Shown: piece by piece, positions 28,315 to 38,171 of the stretch
Layout of the letters: each line of letters opens with the position of its first letter
How positions within the stretch are numbered: the first letter of the stretch is position 1
IMG/VR virus record: IMGVR_UViG_3300023174_000037
Origin: a virus
Lineage: Duplodnaviria > Caudoviricetes
Strand: one strand, 5' to 3'
DNA length: 64,000 nt
Translations under genes and position numbers: made by a program
Notes under the pieces: generated by a model
What the model saw: the letters and a program-made list of their open reading frames with translations, nothing else
What the model was told of the DNA's origin: nothing
Databases searched by the model: none

Positions 28315-28565
28315 TCGGCTTTCCTGCTTAATTCGTAAAGTATTTCTACTTGTTCACACAAATGATTAAGCTCGCTATTGTCTCTGCGAGCTTGAAAAAT
28401 TTCTACCCAACGTTTTGAACTTTCCAAGTCTTTGAGCTCTTGTTGTAAGTTAGGATCTTGCCAATGCAGTTCTCTTTTGGTAGCACCGGGGCTACGAGCA
28501 TAGACTGTGCGACCACCGTCTGGACTTTCAAATACTGTAAGCTCTGTAATTTTGCTGACCATCAT
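28311..28565 (-). CDS. hypothetical protein
   Basis: VFESPDGGRTVYAR motif; TAAATA at 28573-28578. Confidence 0.7.
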   Translation of the reverse strand: MMVSKITELTVFESPDGGRTVYARSPGATKRELHWQDPNLQQELKDLESSKRWVEIFQARRDNSELNHLCEQVEILYELSRKAE

Positions 28566-28611
28566 GATAGAGTATTTAAGTTATTATTGCAAGACCAGTA
28601 TTAAAGTCAAC

Positions 28612-28635
28612 AAAAAGCACCCGAAGGTGCTTTTT
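28612..28635. terminator. Rho-independent terminator, bidirectional
   Basis: AAAAAGCACC-CGAA-GGTGCTTTTT; UUCG loop on the minus strand. Confidence 0.85.
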
Positions 28636-28637
28636 AA

Positions 28638-28865
28638 TTACGCCTGGTCTACAAACTTCTTGAGTTCCTCGGCCTTGCTTACAATATCCGTGCTAGACGG
28701 AAAATCAGGTAAGGTTGGATAAGGCAGTGTTCCGCGATTGGCGTCATTTAGTTTTGAATGATATTCATCACTCATTGCTTGACGTTTTTGGAAGATTGGC
28801 GTTACGAGGATTTCGTTAGCCATTTTAAGAAGTTCGAGACGGATCTCGTAAGGTGTTTTGCTCAT
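28638..28865 (-). CDS. small hypothetical phage protein
   Basis: MSKTPYEIRLELLKMA...KAEELKKFVD; SD AGGAGA; own leader and terminator. Confidence 0.75.
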   Translation of the reverse strand: MSKTPYEIRLELLKMANEILVTPIFQKRQAMSDEYHSKLNDANRGTLPYPTLPDFPSSTDIVSKAEELKKFVDQA

Positions 28866-28965
28866 GTTATTCTCCTGTGTAATGTGTGTGTTATCAAGTC
28901 CCGCCCTATGCAGGACAAGATTGCTACACGAGCAAGATTACTTATACTTGTAAAATCCGGTCAAT

Positions 28966-28988
28966 AAAAAACCCGCCGAAGCGGGTTT
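28966..28988 (-). terminator. Rho-independent terminator
   Basis: Minus strand AAACCCGC-TTCG-GCGGGT-TTTTT. Confidence 0.85.
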
Positions 28989-29007
28989 GATATAATCAAA
29001 AAATTGA

Positions 29008-29388
29008 TTAGGTTGACAATTTGAAACCAGCGTTTGTGCATGAGTTCAACTGGTAACCAGTGGCTACAATGTTCGCAGCAGCCAAGAATGTTGTGGCATC
29101 ATAGGCACCTACTGGAAACACACCAAAACTCAATACTGTGCCATCAATTTGATACATAGCAACTGTGCTTGTTTGTTGAATTGCTTGAATAACGTTAGAC
29201 ACGTATTCGTTTACACCTTGTTGTGATACAACTGTGGTGTTAGCAACTACACGGAAAAAGTCCAATTTTGGACCAGCAAAGTTAACAGGTTGTCCTGCTG
29301 TAGATGCTGATGGGCTAACTGGGCCATTCAATACGTCTGTTGCAAATACTGGTTGGGCATCACCCGAACTAATAGTAATATAAGCCAT
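29008..29388 (-). CDS. putative abundant virion structural protein
   Basis: 126 aa; TATAAATA at 29430-29437, SD AAGGAGA and a downstream terminator. Confidence 0.7.
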   Translation of the reverse strand: MAYITISSGDAQPVFATDVLNGPVSPSASTAGQPVNFAGPKLDFFRVVANTTVVSQQGVNEYVSNVIQAIQQTSTVAMYQIDGTVLSFGVFPVGAYDATTFLAAANIVATGYQLNSCTNAGFKLST

Positions 29389-29451
29389 TTTTAAATCTCC
29401 TTAGTATATGGACTGTGAAGTCCTACTTTTATTTATACCTTTTGGCGAAAA

Positions 29452-31383
29452 TTAGGAGTTAGGCACTGATTCTGGGTTGTTTATTTGACGATTTGCCGCG
29501 GTAAATCCACCAGCAAGACGATTCACAGCCTTGGCCATACCGGCTCCTGTGGCCATTACCCAACCCTCTTGTCCAGGATGTTGTAGATCCAACTGATTTA
29601 AAATATCCATCTTGATGTCGTGTAGTAATCCCCATGCAGTAAATGCTGCGGCCATACCGGCTAAGTTACTACGTGGACTTTGCAAATATTCTACAATGTT
29701 TTTAAACTTCTTGGGTGTAACACGTTGTTGTAACCACGGACCAAAATCAGCCAACAAGTTATCAAATCCGGTGCCAACTCTACTGTTGATATAATCTATA
29801 CATAGCTTGGGCAAGTCAGTAATTTGTAGCGCACGAAGTTCAGCAGGATTAAACAATTGATCAATCGCAGCACCTTGACTGCTGTAAACTGTTCTAAGTT
29901 GTTGTGTTAATTCTTTGTTCGGGCGCACATTTTCTTTGGCATACACTGGCTCTAATAATAGCAATCCAGGAACTGTTTTAAATTTAACGTTGCCAATGGG
30001 CTCTTTGGCAGCGCCAGGTTCGGCATATCTGGTGTGCATGGCAATGCCAACTTCACTATCACCAATACGCTTGCCCACATCACTGTTGGCTGGAATTTTG
30101 TATTCTATGGTGTTGGGTGTAAACACATAATTGCCGGCCTGTAATGGCGGAGTGTCCATATACAACAAATCGCCTTGCACAAAGCCTCTATAGTTTGTTG
30201 GCACTGCGGCATCTAACATGCTCCATAGTCGATTGTATATTGGTGCAAGATCTTGAACTCGAGTAGCAGGTTTGCCCAACGCAGCTGCATCAGCATCTCT
30301 AGCGGCCAGATGTTGTGTAACTTGCTTAGGACTTGTAAACAAGCCATTGTAGCCTTTGGCTGTGAATCCCGACACGTCGGTCAGTATAAATGTTCCATTA
30401 GCATCACGGCCAAATATTAAGGCTGGCTTACCATCCCACTTGACTGTGGTAGTTTTACCAGTGTCAGCCGCAGTCTGCTTGACAATGTCCATGGCTTTTT
30501 TAATACCCGAACTGCCATTGCGGAACACATAGTCTTCCAAGTGCTCGATGCCTTTGGCACGGCCACCTTGCACTTCAGCTTCAACAATTACCTGCATGCC
30601 TTGATTGACAATACGGTCACGTAGTCGTGCCAGGAAGTTTACTTCTGTATATCCAGTAACTGGAGGAAGCTCTGTGCTTTCCATAAATGGCAAGCCTTCA
30701 CGTTCCATGTGCGCTCGAAAGTCTGCTAATTTAGCATCACGACCTGGATCTGTGCTGAGGGATTGCAGTATGCTTTCAACTGACGCCAGGTCTTGCCGTG
30801 TGGCTGTTTTGTTCAACAACATCTTGGCCACAGCATCTGGATCATCAGTGATAATCTCATTGGTGTTACGATCGGCAATGCCGGCAATTTGATTCAATTT
30901 ATATCCCATACTTTTGGCTATGCTGTTCATTAACACATTACGTTCACGTCCTTTATACTTGGACTCAGCTGGCACAGCACCTAAAACAAATTTTGACCAT
31001 GGTACATTTTTCAACAACATAAAGTCTGTTTGAACATATCCCTTGGCAGGATTGCCAACGATGGGTGTAAGAAAATGCACCGCTGTGCCAGACTTTTTAA
31101 CATAGTCTTCGGGTTTGAATCCGTGACTAGCAGCCCACTGTTTAAGTCTGGCTTCCAATTGTTCTTTGGTAACTGTATTGGCATCTACTGCAATGTCCAA
31201 GTCACCCGACGTGTCTTTGATGCCAGTTGATCCTAATGTATTACTTTGTAAATCTAATCCAGGCAACAGTTCCTCCAACCAGGCCAAAGTAGGCTTAACA
31301 TCAGTCTGATTAATACGCTGAGTTACGGCCTGGCCTTTGCTGTTTTTGAATACGTTACCGCCTTCTCGTAAAGATTGTATCAT
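29452..31383 (-). CDS. Pol-beta-like nucleotidyltransferase fused to a ligase-like (DUF6267-like) domain
   Basis: N-terminal LGSTGIKDTSGDLDIAVD; C-terminal IEHLED, TVKWDGKPALIFG, VQGDLLY, FTPNTIEY. Confidence 0.7.
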   Translation of the reverse strand: MIQSLREGGNVFKNSKGQAVTQRINQTDVKPTLAWLEELLPGLDLQSNTLGSTGIKDTSGDLDIAVDANTVTKEQLEARLKQWAASHGFKPEDYVKKSGTAVHFLTPIVGNPAKGYVQTDFMLLKNVPWSKFVLGAVPAESKYKGRERNVLMNSIAKSMGYKLNQIAGIADRNTNEIITDDPDAVAKMLLNKTATRQDLASVESILQSLSTDPGRDAKLADFRAHMEREGLPFMESTELPPVTGYTEVNFLARLRDRIVNQGMQVIVEAEVQGGRAKGIEHLEDYVFRNGSSGIKKAMDIVKQTAADTGKTTTVKWDGKPALIFGRDANGTFILTDVSGFTAKGYNGLFTSPKQVTQHLAARDADAAALGKPATRVQDLAPIYNRLWSMLDAAVPTNYRGFVQGDLLYMDTPPLQAGNYVFTPNTIEYKIPANSDVGKRIGDSEVGIAMHTRYAEPGAAKEPIGNVKFKTVPGLLLLEPVYAKENVRPNKELTQQLRTVYSSQGAAIDQLFNPAELRALQITDLPKLCIDYINSRVGTGFDNLLADFGPWLQQRVTPKKFKNIVEYLQSPRSNLAGMAAAFTAWGLLHDIKMDILNQLDLQHPGQEGWVMATGAGMAKAVNRLAGGFTAANRQINNPESVPNS

Positions 31384-32813
31384 GGTAATCCTAATGTTGT
31401 TTTAATGTCGTATGCGCCAGTGGGATCTTTGGCCATGTCCTTAAGAGCATCGATTTGTTTAGGATTCAGTACCGCTGATAACGGAGTAACTGATGCGGTT
31501 TGACGCTGCTTGGGATTGTTTTGCTGTTGTATAGACTTTTGCTTGGCAGACAGTTGTTGCATGGCCTGTCCTACAGTTAAAAAATATTGTTCTACTGCTG
31601 CTATGTTGTCATTGGGATTTTGTTGCGTTGTTACAATCTGACTCAAGGCTTGATTCAGTGTGCGACTCATGCCGGGAATTTTTTCCACATCAGCAAGACC
31701 AAGTCCAGACGATTTATCAGCAACTTTTGATGCCGCCCAGGTTTTAAAGTTTTGAGCATATCTACTTTGTAGCGGAGGAGGTGCCTTGATTCCTGCTGGT
31801 TTGGCTGTTACCGAAGGAGACACTGCTCCACCTACAGCAGGCTTGGCACCAGGCAGATCTGAAAATGCTTCATTGGTTACACCACGCTGTTTGGCATCAG
31901 CGGCTGCTATTTGTTGTTGTAGTTTTGCATATTCATCTGCGGTCGGTTTACCTGCAACTGGTTTACTAATTTTAGTTGTGGGTGTTAACCATTTTGGTGC
32001 TGGCTTGGTCGCTGTAGTTGTTGCTGGAGCGGCTACAGATGTTGTCTTTGGATTGGCCGCGTGGAATTGACCAGTTGGCATTTGTGTTATGGTTCCACCG
32101 GTGCTTGATTTAGACTTGTTGGCACCGCTCAACTGTTGAGCCATTTGTCCAAATGCATTTTGACCAGGTGCAACTGCACCTTGGGCACGAGCTGTGCGTT
32201 TACGTATGGCATTAGGAGTTTGACTGACTACGCCAGGTTGTTTTCCACCAGTGCGTGGTTTTGCTACCGCTGGTGTTGTATTAACAGGTGCTGGTGTTGT
32301 TGGGTTTGCCGCTACTGTTGGTGGTGCAGTAGTTGGTTGTGGTGATCCTGTAGCGGCCATAGGATTTGGAACACCAGCTGGTGCGTTGGTTTTTACATTC
32401 TTGTATGCAGGACCGTAACCGGGTTTTGTTGCTTGTGGCGTTACCGGAGTTGTTGGGGTGGCAACTGGCGCTGTTGCAGGTTTAGTAGTTGCTGACGGTT
32501 GTGCCTGTGCTACTGGTGTTTGTGACGACGGTCTAGGTTGACGTGACCATTCGCTGGCTAAATTTTTTGCCCAGGCTGTCAAGTCCGTTGTGGTCGATGC
32601 AGCTTTTTCAGACTGACGCGGGCCTACCAGACTGGTATAGTATTTGTCTCTGGCATTGTTGTATGCACCTGTGCTGGTCAACGAGCCAGGTTCCTTCATA
32701 AGGTATTTGGCTTTTTCAATCGGTGCTTTGACAGCATTTTTAAGATCCGACCCTACGGTTTTGAGCATGGTGCCCAGACCTTCTTGTATCAGTGTTATTT
32801 CATGAATTTGCAT
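31380..32813 (-). CDS. Pro/Thr/Ala/Gln-rich low-complexity protein
   Basis: 477 aa; N-terminus MQIHEITLIQEG. Confidence 0.65.
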   Translation of the reverse strand: MQIHEITLIQEGLGTMLKTVGSDLKNAVKAPIEKAKYLMKEPGSLTSTGAYNNARDKYYTSLVGPRQSEKAASTTTDLTAWAKNLASEWSRQPRPSSQTPVAQAQPSATTKPATAPVATPTTPVTPQATKPGYGPAYKNVKTNAPAGVPNPMAATGSPQPTTAPPTVAANPTTPAPVNTTPAVAKPRTGGKQPGVVSQTPNAIRKRTARAQGAVAPGQNAFGQMAQQLSGANKSKSSTGGTITQMPTGQFHAANPKTTSVAAPATTTATKPAPKWLTPTTKISKPVAGKPTADEYAKLQQQIAAADAKQRGVTNEAFSDLPGAKPAVGGAVSPSVTAKPAGIKAPPPLQSRYAQNFKTWAASKVADKSSGLGLADVEKIPGMSRTLNQALSQIVTTQQNPNDNIAAVEQYFLTVGQAMQQLSAKQKSIQQQNNPKQRQTASVTPLSAVLNPKQIDALKDMAKDPTGAYDIKTTLGLP

Positions 32814-33048
32814 CAGTGCGTCTCACAGTGCGGGTAAATTTCCCTGGATCACGCTGGTTGATAGCATTGATCAATTTACGCTGTAAGTTTTGAGCATCTT
32901 CAGCCGTATAACTAGCGTCGATCTGCTCTAACAAGCGTATAGCACTGGCGATCACATTAGATGCGCGGTTTTCAATCACATGGCGCTGATCGCGCTCGAT
33001 ATACATTGAGTCTAATTCTTCTAATAAACTGCGAGTTTTCTTTTGCAT
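32800..33048 (-). CDS. hypothetical protein
   Basis: 82 aa, helical; TAAATA at 33070-33075. Confidence 0.7.
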   Translation of the reverse strand: MQKKTRSLLEELDSMYIERDQRHVIENRASNVIASAIRLLEQIDASYTAEDAQNLQRKLINAINQRDPGKFTRTVRRTDANS

Positions 33049-33072
33049 TTTGGGCCAGGACCTTTTTAATAT

Positions 33073-34200
33073 TTACCAGAATTTAGAATAAAGGTCTACT
33101 AATTCTGGAAATACTTTTTCAAAAGATTCGTTTCTTAAGGCATCAAATTTCTTTATTTCTGCCAGCATAGCTTGTATTGCAACAGGATTTTCTTTCCAAT
33201 TTGTCGGTATCAGTTCATGCTGATCAGTTTGTTTAATTAATTTTACATATTCTGCCGACATGTTTTGTAGACTAAAATCTCCAAAAGCCAAGTGTTTAGT
33301 GTGGTTAACAATGTCTCCTTCTCTATTTGTTGTAAAATTTGATTCAATCCATGTTTTAAGTTCGGTTGAGTATAATAGATTAAAAATGTTGACTGTTTCT
33401 TCTATAACAAACATTACATTTCCGGGTAAAGTTTTTCGTAAATTTAATACATTATCGACCACCTGATCCCATTTTGCTGGCCACCGTTGATATTCAAATC
33501 TATCACCTACTCCATCTAAACTTATATGTAACTTCACTAGGTGAAATTTTTCAATAATATCAAAGTTTTTAGGAAGTATTGGTTGAGTTCCATTGGTTTG
33601 AAAACACAGGGTTAATTGTTGTTTGGCATTAGGAACATTATTGCCTAGCCATTCTGCTACATCCCAATATTCTTGACCCAGTAATGTTTCGCCGCCACAA
33701 AATACCAATTGCCGTAAATTAGAAAGATCAAGTTTGGATAAAGATTCAATAACTTTGTGTTTTTTTCGTGGCGTTGTTACGGGTTGATCCCATAATCCAT
33801 GTTCTTTAAGATGTCGTTGCCAATAGGTGCTGTTATGAGTTCCGCAAATTCTACAGGCCAAATTACAACTAATATCAAACATGAGATCAATGCGTGACGG
33901 TCCTGTTGTATCATATTGTCCAAAAATATTTAGGCCTTCATTCATTCCAGTTCTAAAACTGACCTCATTTGAGGATTCTAATCTTTCACAATTTGAACAA
34001 CCAGAGTCCCATATATTTTTTTTATTGGTTTCTCTAAGTGTTTGTAATTTTTTATTCCGCCAAAAATTATGATCAATTTCCACAGGAAAAACATCATTAC
34101 GCAAACAACAATGTCTTATTATAGCTTGATTGTCAACATTGGTTGCCTTGAAATCAATATTCAACCCGCCATGTATCATTGAACAATAAAGATTGGTCAT
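33073..34200 (-). CDS. radical SAM enzyme with an N-terminal twitch/SPASM-like domain
   Basis: YC...HCC...CSNC, then CNLACRIC and GGETLL. Confidence 0.88.
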   Translation of the reverse strand: MTNLYCSMIHGGLNIDFKATNVDNQAIIRHCCLRNDVFPVEIDHNFWRNKKLQTLRETNKKNIWDSGCSNCERLESSNEVSFRTGMNEGLNIFGQYDTTGPSRIDLMFDISCNLACRICGTHNSTYWQRHLKEHGLWDQPVTTPRKKHKVIESLSKLDLSNLRQLVFCGGETLLGQEYWDVAEWLGNNVPNAKQQLTLCFQTNGTQPILPKNFDIIEKFHLVKLHISLDGVGDRFEYQRWPAKWDQVVDNVLNLRKTLPGNVMFVIEETVNIFNLLYSTELKTWIESNFTTNREGDIVNHTKHLAFGDFSLQNMSAEYVKLIKQTDQHELIPTNWKENPVAIQAMLAEIKKFDALRNESFEKVFPELVDLYSKFW

Positions 34201-35600
34201 GATTGTTTAATTTGTCCCAGTAGCTGTTTTAGTTTGGCACTTTGCACATCAGCAGTGACTTTGCTGATTTCTCCGGTATCAGCATCAACCGTTTCTTTAC
34301 TGACCATTGTGCTTTTTGCTTTGATGCTGTCAAGTAAATTACCCTTGGCAAAAGAATTAACTGGGCCAGCATCTTCGCCTGGGTCGGTGATACGCATGGT
34401 TTCAATGTTGTAGTCCAAATCAATCTTCATGCCTACACCCGTACTACTACGACTCTTCATACATTGAATTTGATACTTGCCACGTTCTTTCATGGCACGG
34501 CTGGTAAAGATACCAAACACGTTGTCAGCCGTATTAATTTTAGAGATACCACCTGAAATATGACTGTGATCAAATTCAATTTCTTCCACAGCCGATCGAT
34601 TCAACTGCGAAGCGGTTACAAACAACACATTGAGTTCTTTGGCCAAGTTACGCAATTCCTCTGAAACATACTTGTCCTTAACAAACAAATCGTTTGGGCT
34701 AACTTTGGCGCTAACCGGCATCAACAAGTCCAAGTAATCACACATGACAAAATCTATCTTGATACCTGTTTGCACTTGCACTTCTTTGATGTAACTACGG
34801 ATATCGTTGATGTTGCTTTGTGCTGGCAGGGCCTTGATACGATACTGTCCAGTTTTCTTTGAAACCAACTTAACTTTGAGTGTTGCTTGGTCAATGTCCT
34901 TGCGGATCTCCTTGGTGCTCATTCCGGCCAGCATGGCATCAGTTCTTAGGGCACACAGTTCTTCACTAAGTTCTAAACTGATATACACACCACTGAGTCC
35001 AGCCTGTAGCCAACTCAATGCTATGTTCATCATAACAAGACTTTTACCCGAACCAGATCCGCCGGCAAAGATATTGAGTTCTCCACGACTGAATCCACCA
35101 TACAAGATCTTGTCCATCTGTGGCCAACCTGTGCTTACTTGTCCGCCCGAGTTGAAGTATTTGTTAATGCGAGCACTAGGATCACTAAAGTAATCCGTAC
35201 CCATGTCTTTAGTAAGTGATATTTGTACCGCATCTTTGATTAATTTCTCTACAGGGTCATACTCGCCTTTTTCTAACAGGTCTGCACTCTTTAGAATTGC
35301 TCGTTCTAATTCTTGCCTACGAGTAAAGCCTTCAAACTCATCCATGAACCACTCAAAGTGTCCTTCGTTTAAGTCTGGAATGACATTGAGTTTAACGCCG
35401 GTGCTGGCACTGATCTGTTCTACAGTAGGCAGTGTCTTGTGTTGGTCGCTATGTTCAGCAATAAACTTGGCTGCGGGCCTCAAACTTCTATCAAAGTTTT
35501 CTGGGTTGTAAATGTTTTGAACGCGAACATAACTTTCTGCGTCTTGCAACATCATTTCTAAGAATAAGCGTTGGACATCAAGTCCGTAATCTTTTAACAA
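34197..35600 (-). CDS. replicative DnaB-like helicase (gp41-like)
   Basis: AGGSGSGKS, SLELSEE, CDYLDL, TASQLNR, KSRSSTG. Confidence 0.93.
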   Translation of the reverse strand: MLKDYGLDVQRLFLEMMLQDAESYVRVQNIYNPENFDRSLRPAAKFIAEHSDQHKTLPTVEQISASTGVKLNVIPDLNEGHFEWFMDEFEGFTRRQELERAILKSADLLEKGEYDPVEKLIKDAVQISLTKDMGTDYFSDPSARINKYFNSGGQVSTGWPQMDKILYGGFSRGELNIFAGGSGSGKSLVMMNIALSWLQAGLSGVYISLELSEELCALRTDAMLAGMSTKEIRKDIDQATLKVKLVSKKTGQYRIKALPAQSNINDIRSYIKEVQVQTGIKIDFVMCDYLDLLMPVSAKVSPNDLFVKDKYVSEELRNLAKELNVLFVTASQLNRSAVEEIEFDHSHISGGISKINTADNVFGIFTSRAMKERGKYQIQCMKSRSSTGVGMKIDLDYNIETMRITDPGEDAGPVNSFAKGNLLDSIKAKSTMVSKETVDADTGEISKVTADVQSAKLKQLLGQIKQS

Positions 35601-36540
35601 GTTGTTTTTTCCTTAGTTCTATTTTAATTTTACTGGTTTCCTTGGCCTGCATAATAGTTATCAATGCGGCCAATCTACCCAAACGAATTACAGCGTCATT
35701 TACATCCTTGACACCTTTTGGCCACTCGGGCATACTAACTGCCCAACCTAGTTCTACAGCACGATCTACCAGTTTCATTCCAGCTTCGTCTTGATCCGGA
35801 ACAACAATAACGTCACGTCCTAGACTGCGTATTAATCTCGCCTGTGCATCATTAATCTCTGCGTGTAACACAGCCAGTCCATTGATACTGAGTGCGTCAA
35901 ACACACCTTCTACTACAATTGCTGATTGCCAGTTGGACTTTTGCAAATCTGTACCAAACACATATCCTGGTTGTATGTCTTGAATATATCTAGGAGTACG
36001 ATCGTCAAAAAAACGTGTAGTGTGTCCGACCACTTGATTATTGTGTGTAAACGGAATTACAACACCGCGACGCGGCATTGTTTTATACAAGAATGGATAG
36101 TCTAGTGGAACACATCTCTTTTGTAAATATTCTTTAGCAAGTTCATTCAATGGTTGTGTGTCGGCTGGTAAGTCTCGATCTTCAAATTCAATTGACTGCA
36201 ATTTTTGTATTATGTCTTGACGCTCGCCGAGCAAGCCTTCGATGCTCTTATGTTTTAAACTTTCAAGATTGATACGCTCAATTTCTTCTTGTGGCACATT
36301 CATCCACTCTAATAGTCGACGAGCTTTGAATGTTAGATTACGTCCCAATACAAAACTGGCAGTATATCCACAATTAAAACAGTGATAACTCCAAGAACCA
36401 TCTGCTGTGGGTTTGATCCCACCACGCGATCTTTTGTCCTGTGTGTCACCGCGATGAATGCAACAGGGTGCGTTGAAACTTATCCAACCCGAAGCTGTTT
36501 GTTTTCTTTTAATCGGAAGAAAAGAAATCACATCAATCAT
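35578..36540 (-). CDS. DNA primase (gp61-like)
   Basis: Zinc finger PCC...CFNC; TOPRIM VVEGVFDA and PDQDEAG. Confidence 0.88.
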   Translation of the reverse strand: MIDVISFLPIKRKQTASGWISFNAPCCIHRGDTQDKRSRGGIKPTADGSWSYHCFNCGYTASFVLGRNLTFKARRLLEWMNVPQEEIERINLESLKHKSIEGLLGERQDIIQKLQSIEFEDRDLPADTQPLNELAKEYLQKRCVPLDYPFLYKTMPRRGVVIPFTHNNQVVGHTTRFFDDRTPRYIQDIQPGYVFGTDLQKSNWQSAIVVEGVFDALSINGLAVLHAEINDAQARLIRSLGRDVIVVPDQDEAGMKLVDRAVELGWAVSMPEWPKGVKDVNDAVIRLGRLAALITIMQAKETSKIKIELRKKQLVKRLRT

Positions 36541-36587
36541 GCTACAATTATAGCAGATTTATTTACACACCGCAAGAGAGTTTGGTG

Positions 36588-37733
36588 TTATCTATAAAGA
36601 AGGTCAACTACGTAGCCTGTGCTGATTATGACTGCAGCACCAGTTTGATTAGGATTATTTGGATAGATACCTGCACCCATGCCTGCGTTGGGCAAATACC
36701 AATAACCCGAACCACCGTTGGTTACTTCAACTCCGGTAACTATGCCGTCCGACACCGTGGCCACTGCTGTGGCACCGGCACCGTCGCCAATGAAGTTAAT
36801 GTGTGGCGGTGCCAAATACCCACTACCGCCATTGGTAATAGTAACACTGGTCACTACACCATTTTCGGTGGTTGCATAACCAATAGCCGGAGTTCCAGGC
36901 TGTGTTGGCACAGCAAATATACTGTTGTTAAAACATAAACGCAGTATTGGATGCCAGCCCACAATGTTCATATAGATAGTACGAGTTTCATTGTAGTAGG
37001 TAGTTGATTCGGTTACATTATAAAAAATACTCTCATAGTTTGCTGCGGCCTGAGCTTTGATTGTGCCGGTATATCCTACCAAGGTCATTTGTATGGTGGT
37101 AACGGCATTGGTAGGCTCAATAAAACTGCTGTAAAATTCTGTGTTGGCAAAACTATTCCAGTAGTTGCCACCATTGGGATTGCCCATCCAATAAGTGCCC
37201 GGACTATAACTGCCCCAGGCTGTGCCATCTAAACTGGCTTGAGCACTTAATTTAGTTGTAGGAATTGTTAACGGAGCACTGGGCACATGTTGTGGCAATA
37301 TGCTGTCTACAATAGTAGCCGGGGCTCGTGCGCCTGCTTGTGCATTGGTAAACACAGCTTCTGTCAAATTGCCACTGACACGTTGGATGCTGTAACTGGC
37401 CGGCTGTGCCAATACTTCCAATAGATCTGCACTGGTCAATGTAACTTTTGCACGACCTGTAGCAGCATTGAGCACGACCATTGGTTTCTCAATCAAGATC
37501 CGATCACCGTCGGTGCTGATAGCACGAAACAGGAAGCTACTTCCTGTGATGTTGACAGGTTTTTCCTGCTGGTTGATGAACTCAAACAACAGCACATTGT
37601 CAACGCCTTTGTTTATGGTTAGTTGTTTTGCATACACGGGATCGTACCTATAGATAAAAGTTTCGCCTGCACCTGTATCCATGAGTAACACTCGAGTAAT
37701 TTGCTGATAGATATAGGCTTGGGTGGAATACAT
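36588..37733 (-). CDS. virion structural protein with a BppU-N-like domain
   Basis: INKGVDNVLLFEF...GRAKVTLTSADL; two VT(I/V)TNGGSGY repeats; TAAATA at 37740-37745. Confidence 0.65.
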   Translation of the reverse strand: MYSTQAYIYQQITRVLLMDTGAGETFIYRYDPVYAKQLTINKGVDNVLLFEFINQQEKPVNITGSSFLFRAISTDGDRILIEKPMVVLNAATGRAKVTLTSADLLEVLAQPASYSIQRVSGNLTEAVFTNAQAGARAPATIVDSILPQHVPSAPLTIPTTKLSAQASLDGTAWGSYSPGTYWMGNPNGGNYWNSFANTEFYSSFIEPTNAVTTIQMTLVGYTGTIKAQAAANYESIFYNVTESTTYYNETRTIYMNIVGWHPILRLCFNNSIFAVPTQPGTPAIGYATTENGVVTSVTITNGGSGYLAPPHINFIGDGAGATAVATVSDGIVTGVEVTNGGSGYWYLPNAGMGAGIYPNNPNQTGAAVIISTGYVVDLLYR

Positions 37734-37793
37734 ACAATATATTTAGCTCCTTTGCTAGACCTGGGCAAAATGGTCTGGTAAATATCCGTAGAC

Positions 37794-38171
37794 ATGACAA
37801 ACGATTTCTTTGAAAAATTAGCTGAAAAATACCCATTTATCACCTTGTGTGTCTATGCCTCAACGGAATATGTAGGCATTATACAAAATCAAGATGACGC
37901 AATAACCACTATCTATGATTTTGGTGCTATAGCAAATGCGGATCTAAAACGTCATTTTTTAGAGTTGGCCAATATTTGGTGGTGGGAAAGTAATCGTAGT
38001 GTTCCAATCAACATATTTCTCAAAGGCGAATGGGATCTCTTTAGACCCTACCTTAAAACTTTCACCAACAAAGATCTAGAAATATTGCATGGCCCAGTTT
38101 GCAGTCTAAGTGAAATGAGCCGCAAAAAATCTAAACGCAAATCAATTACTCTTGTCAGGCGTGTCGAGTAA
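37794..38171 (+). CDS. hypothetical protein
   Basis: 125 aa; TAAATA at 37779-37784; converges on and overlaps the mini-DnaE 3' end by 30 nt. Confidence 0.75.
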   Translation: MTNDFFEKLAEKYPFITLCVYASTEYVGIIQNQDDAITTIYDFGAIANADLKRHFLELANIWWWESNRSVPINIFLKGEWDLFRPYLKTFTNKDLEILHGPVCSLSEMSRKKSKRKSITLVRRVE

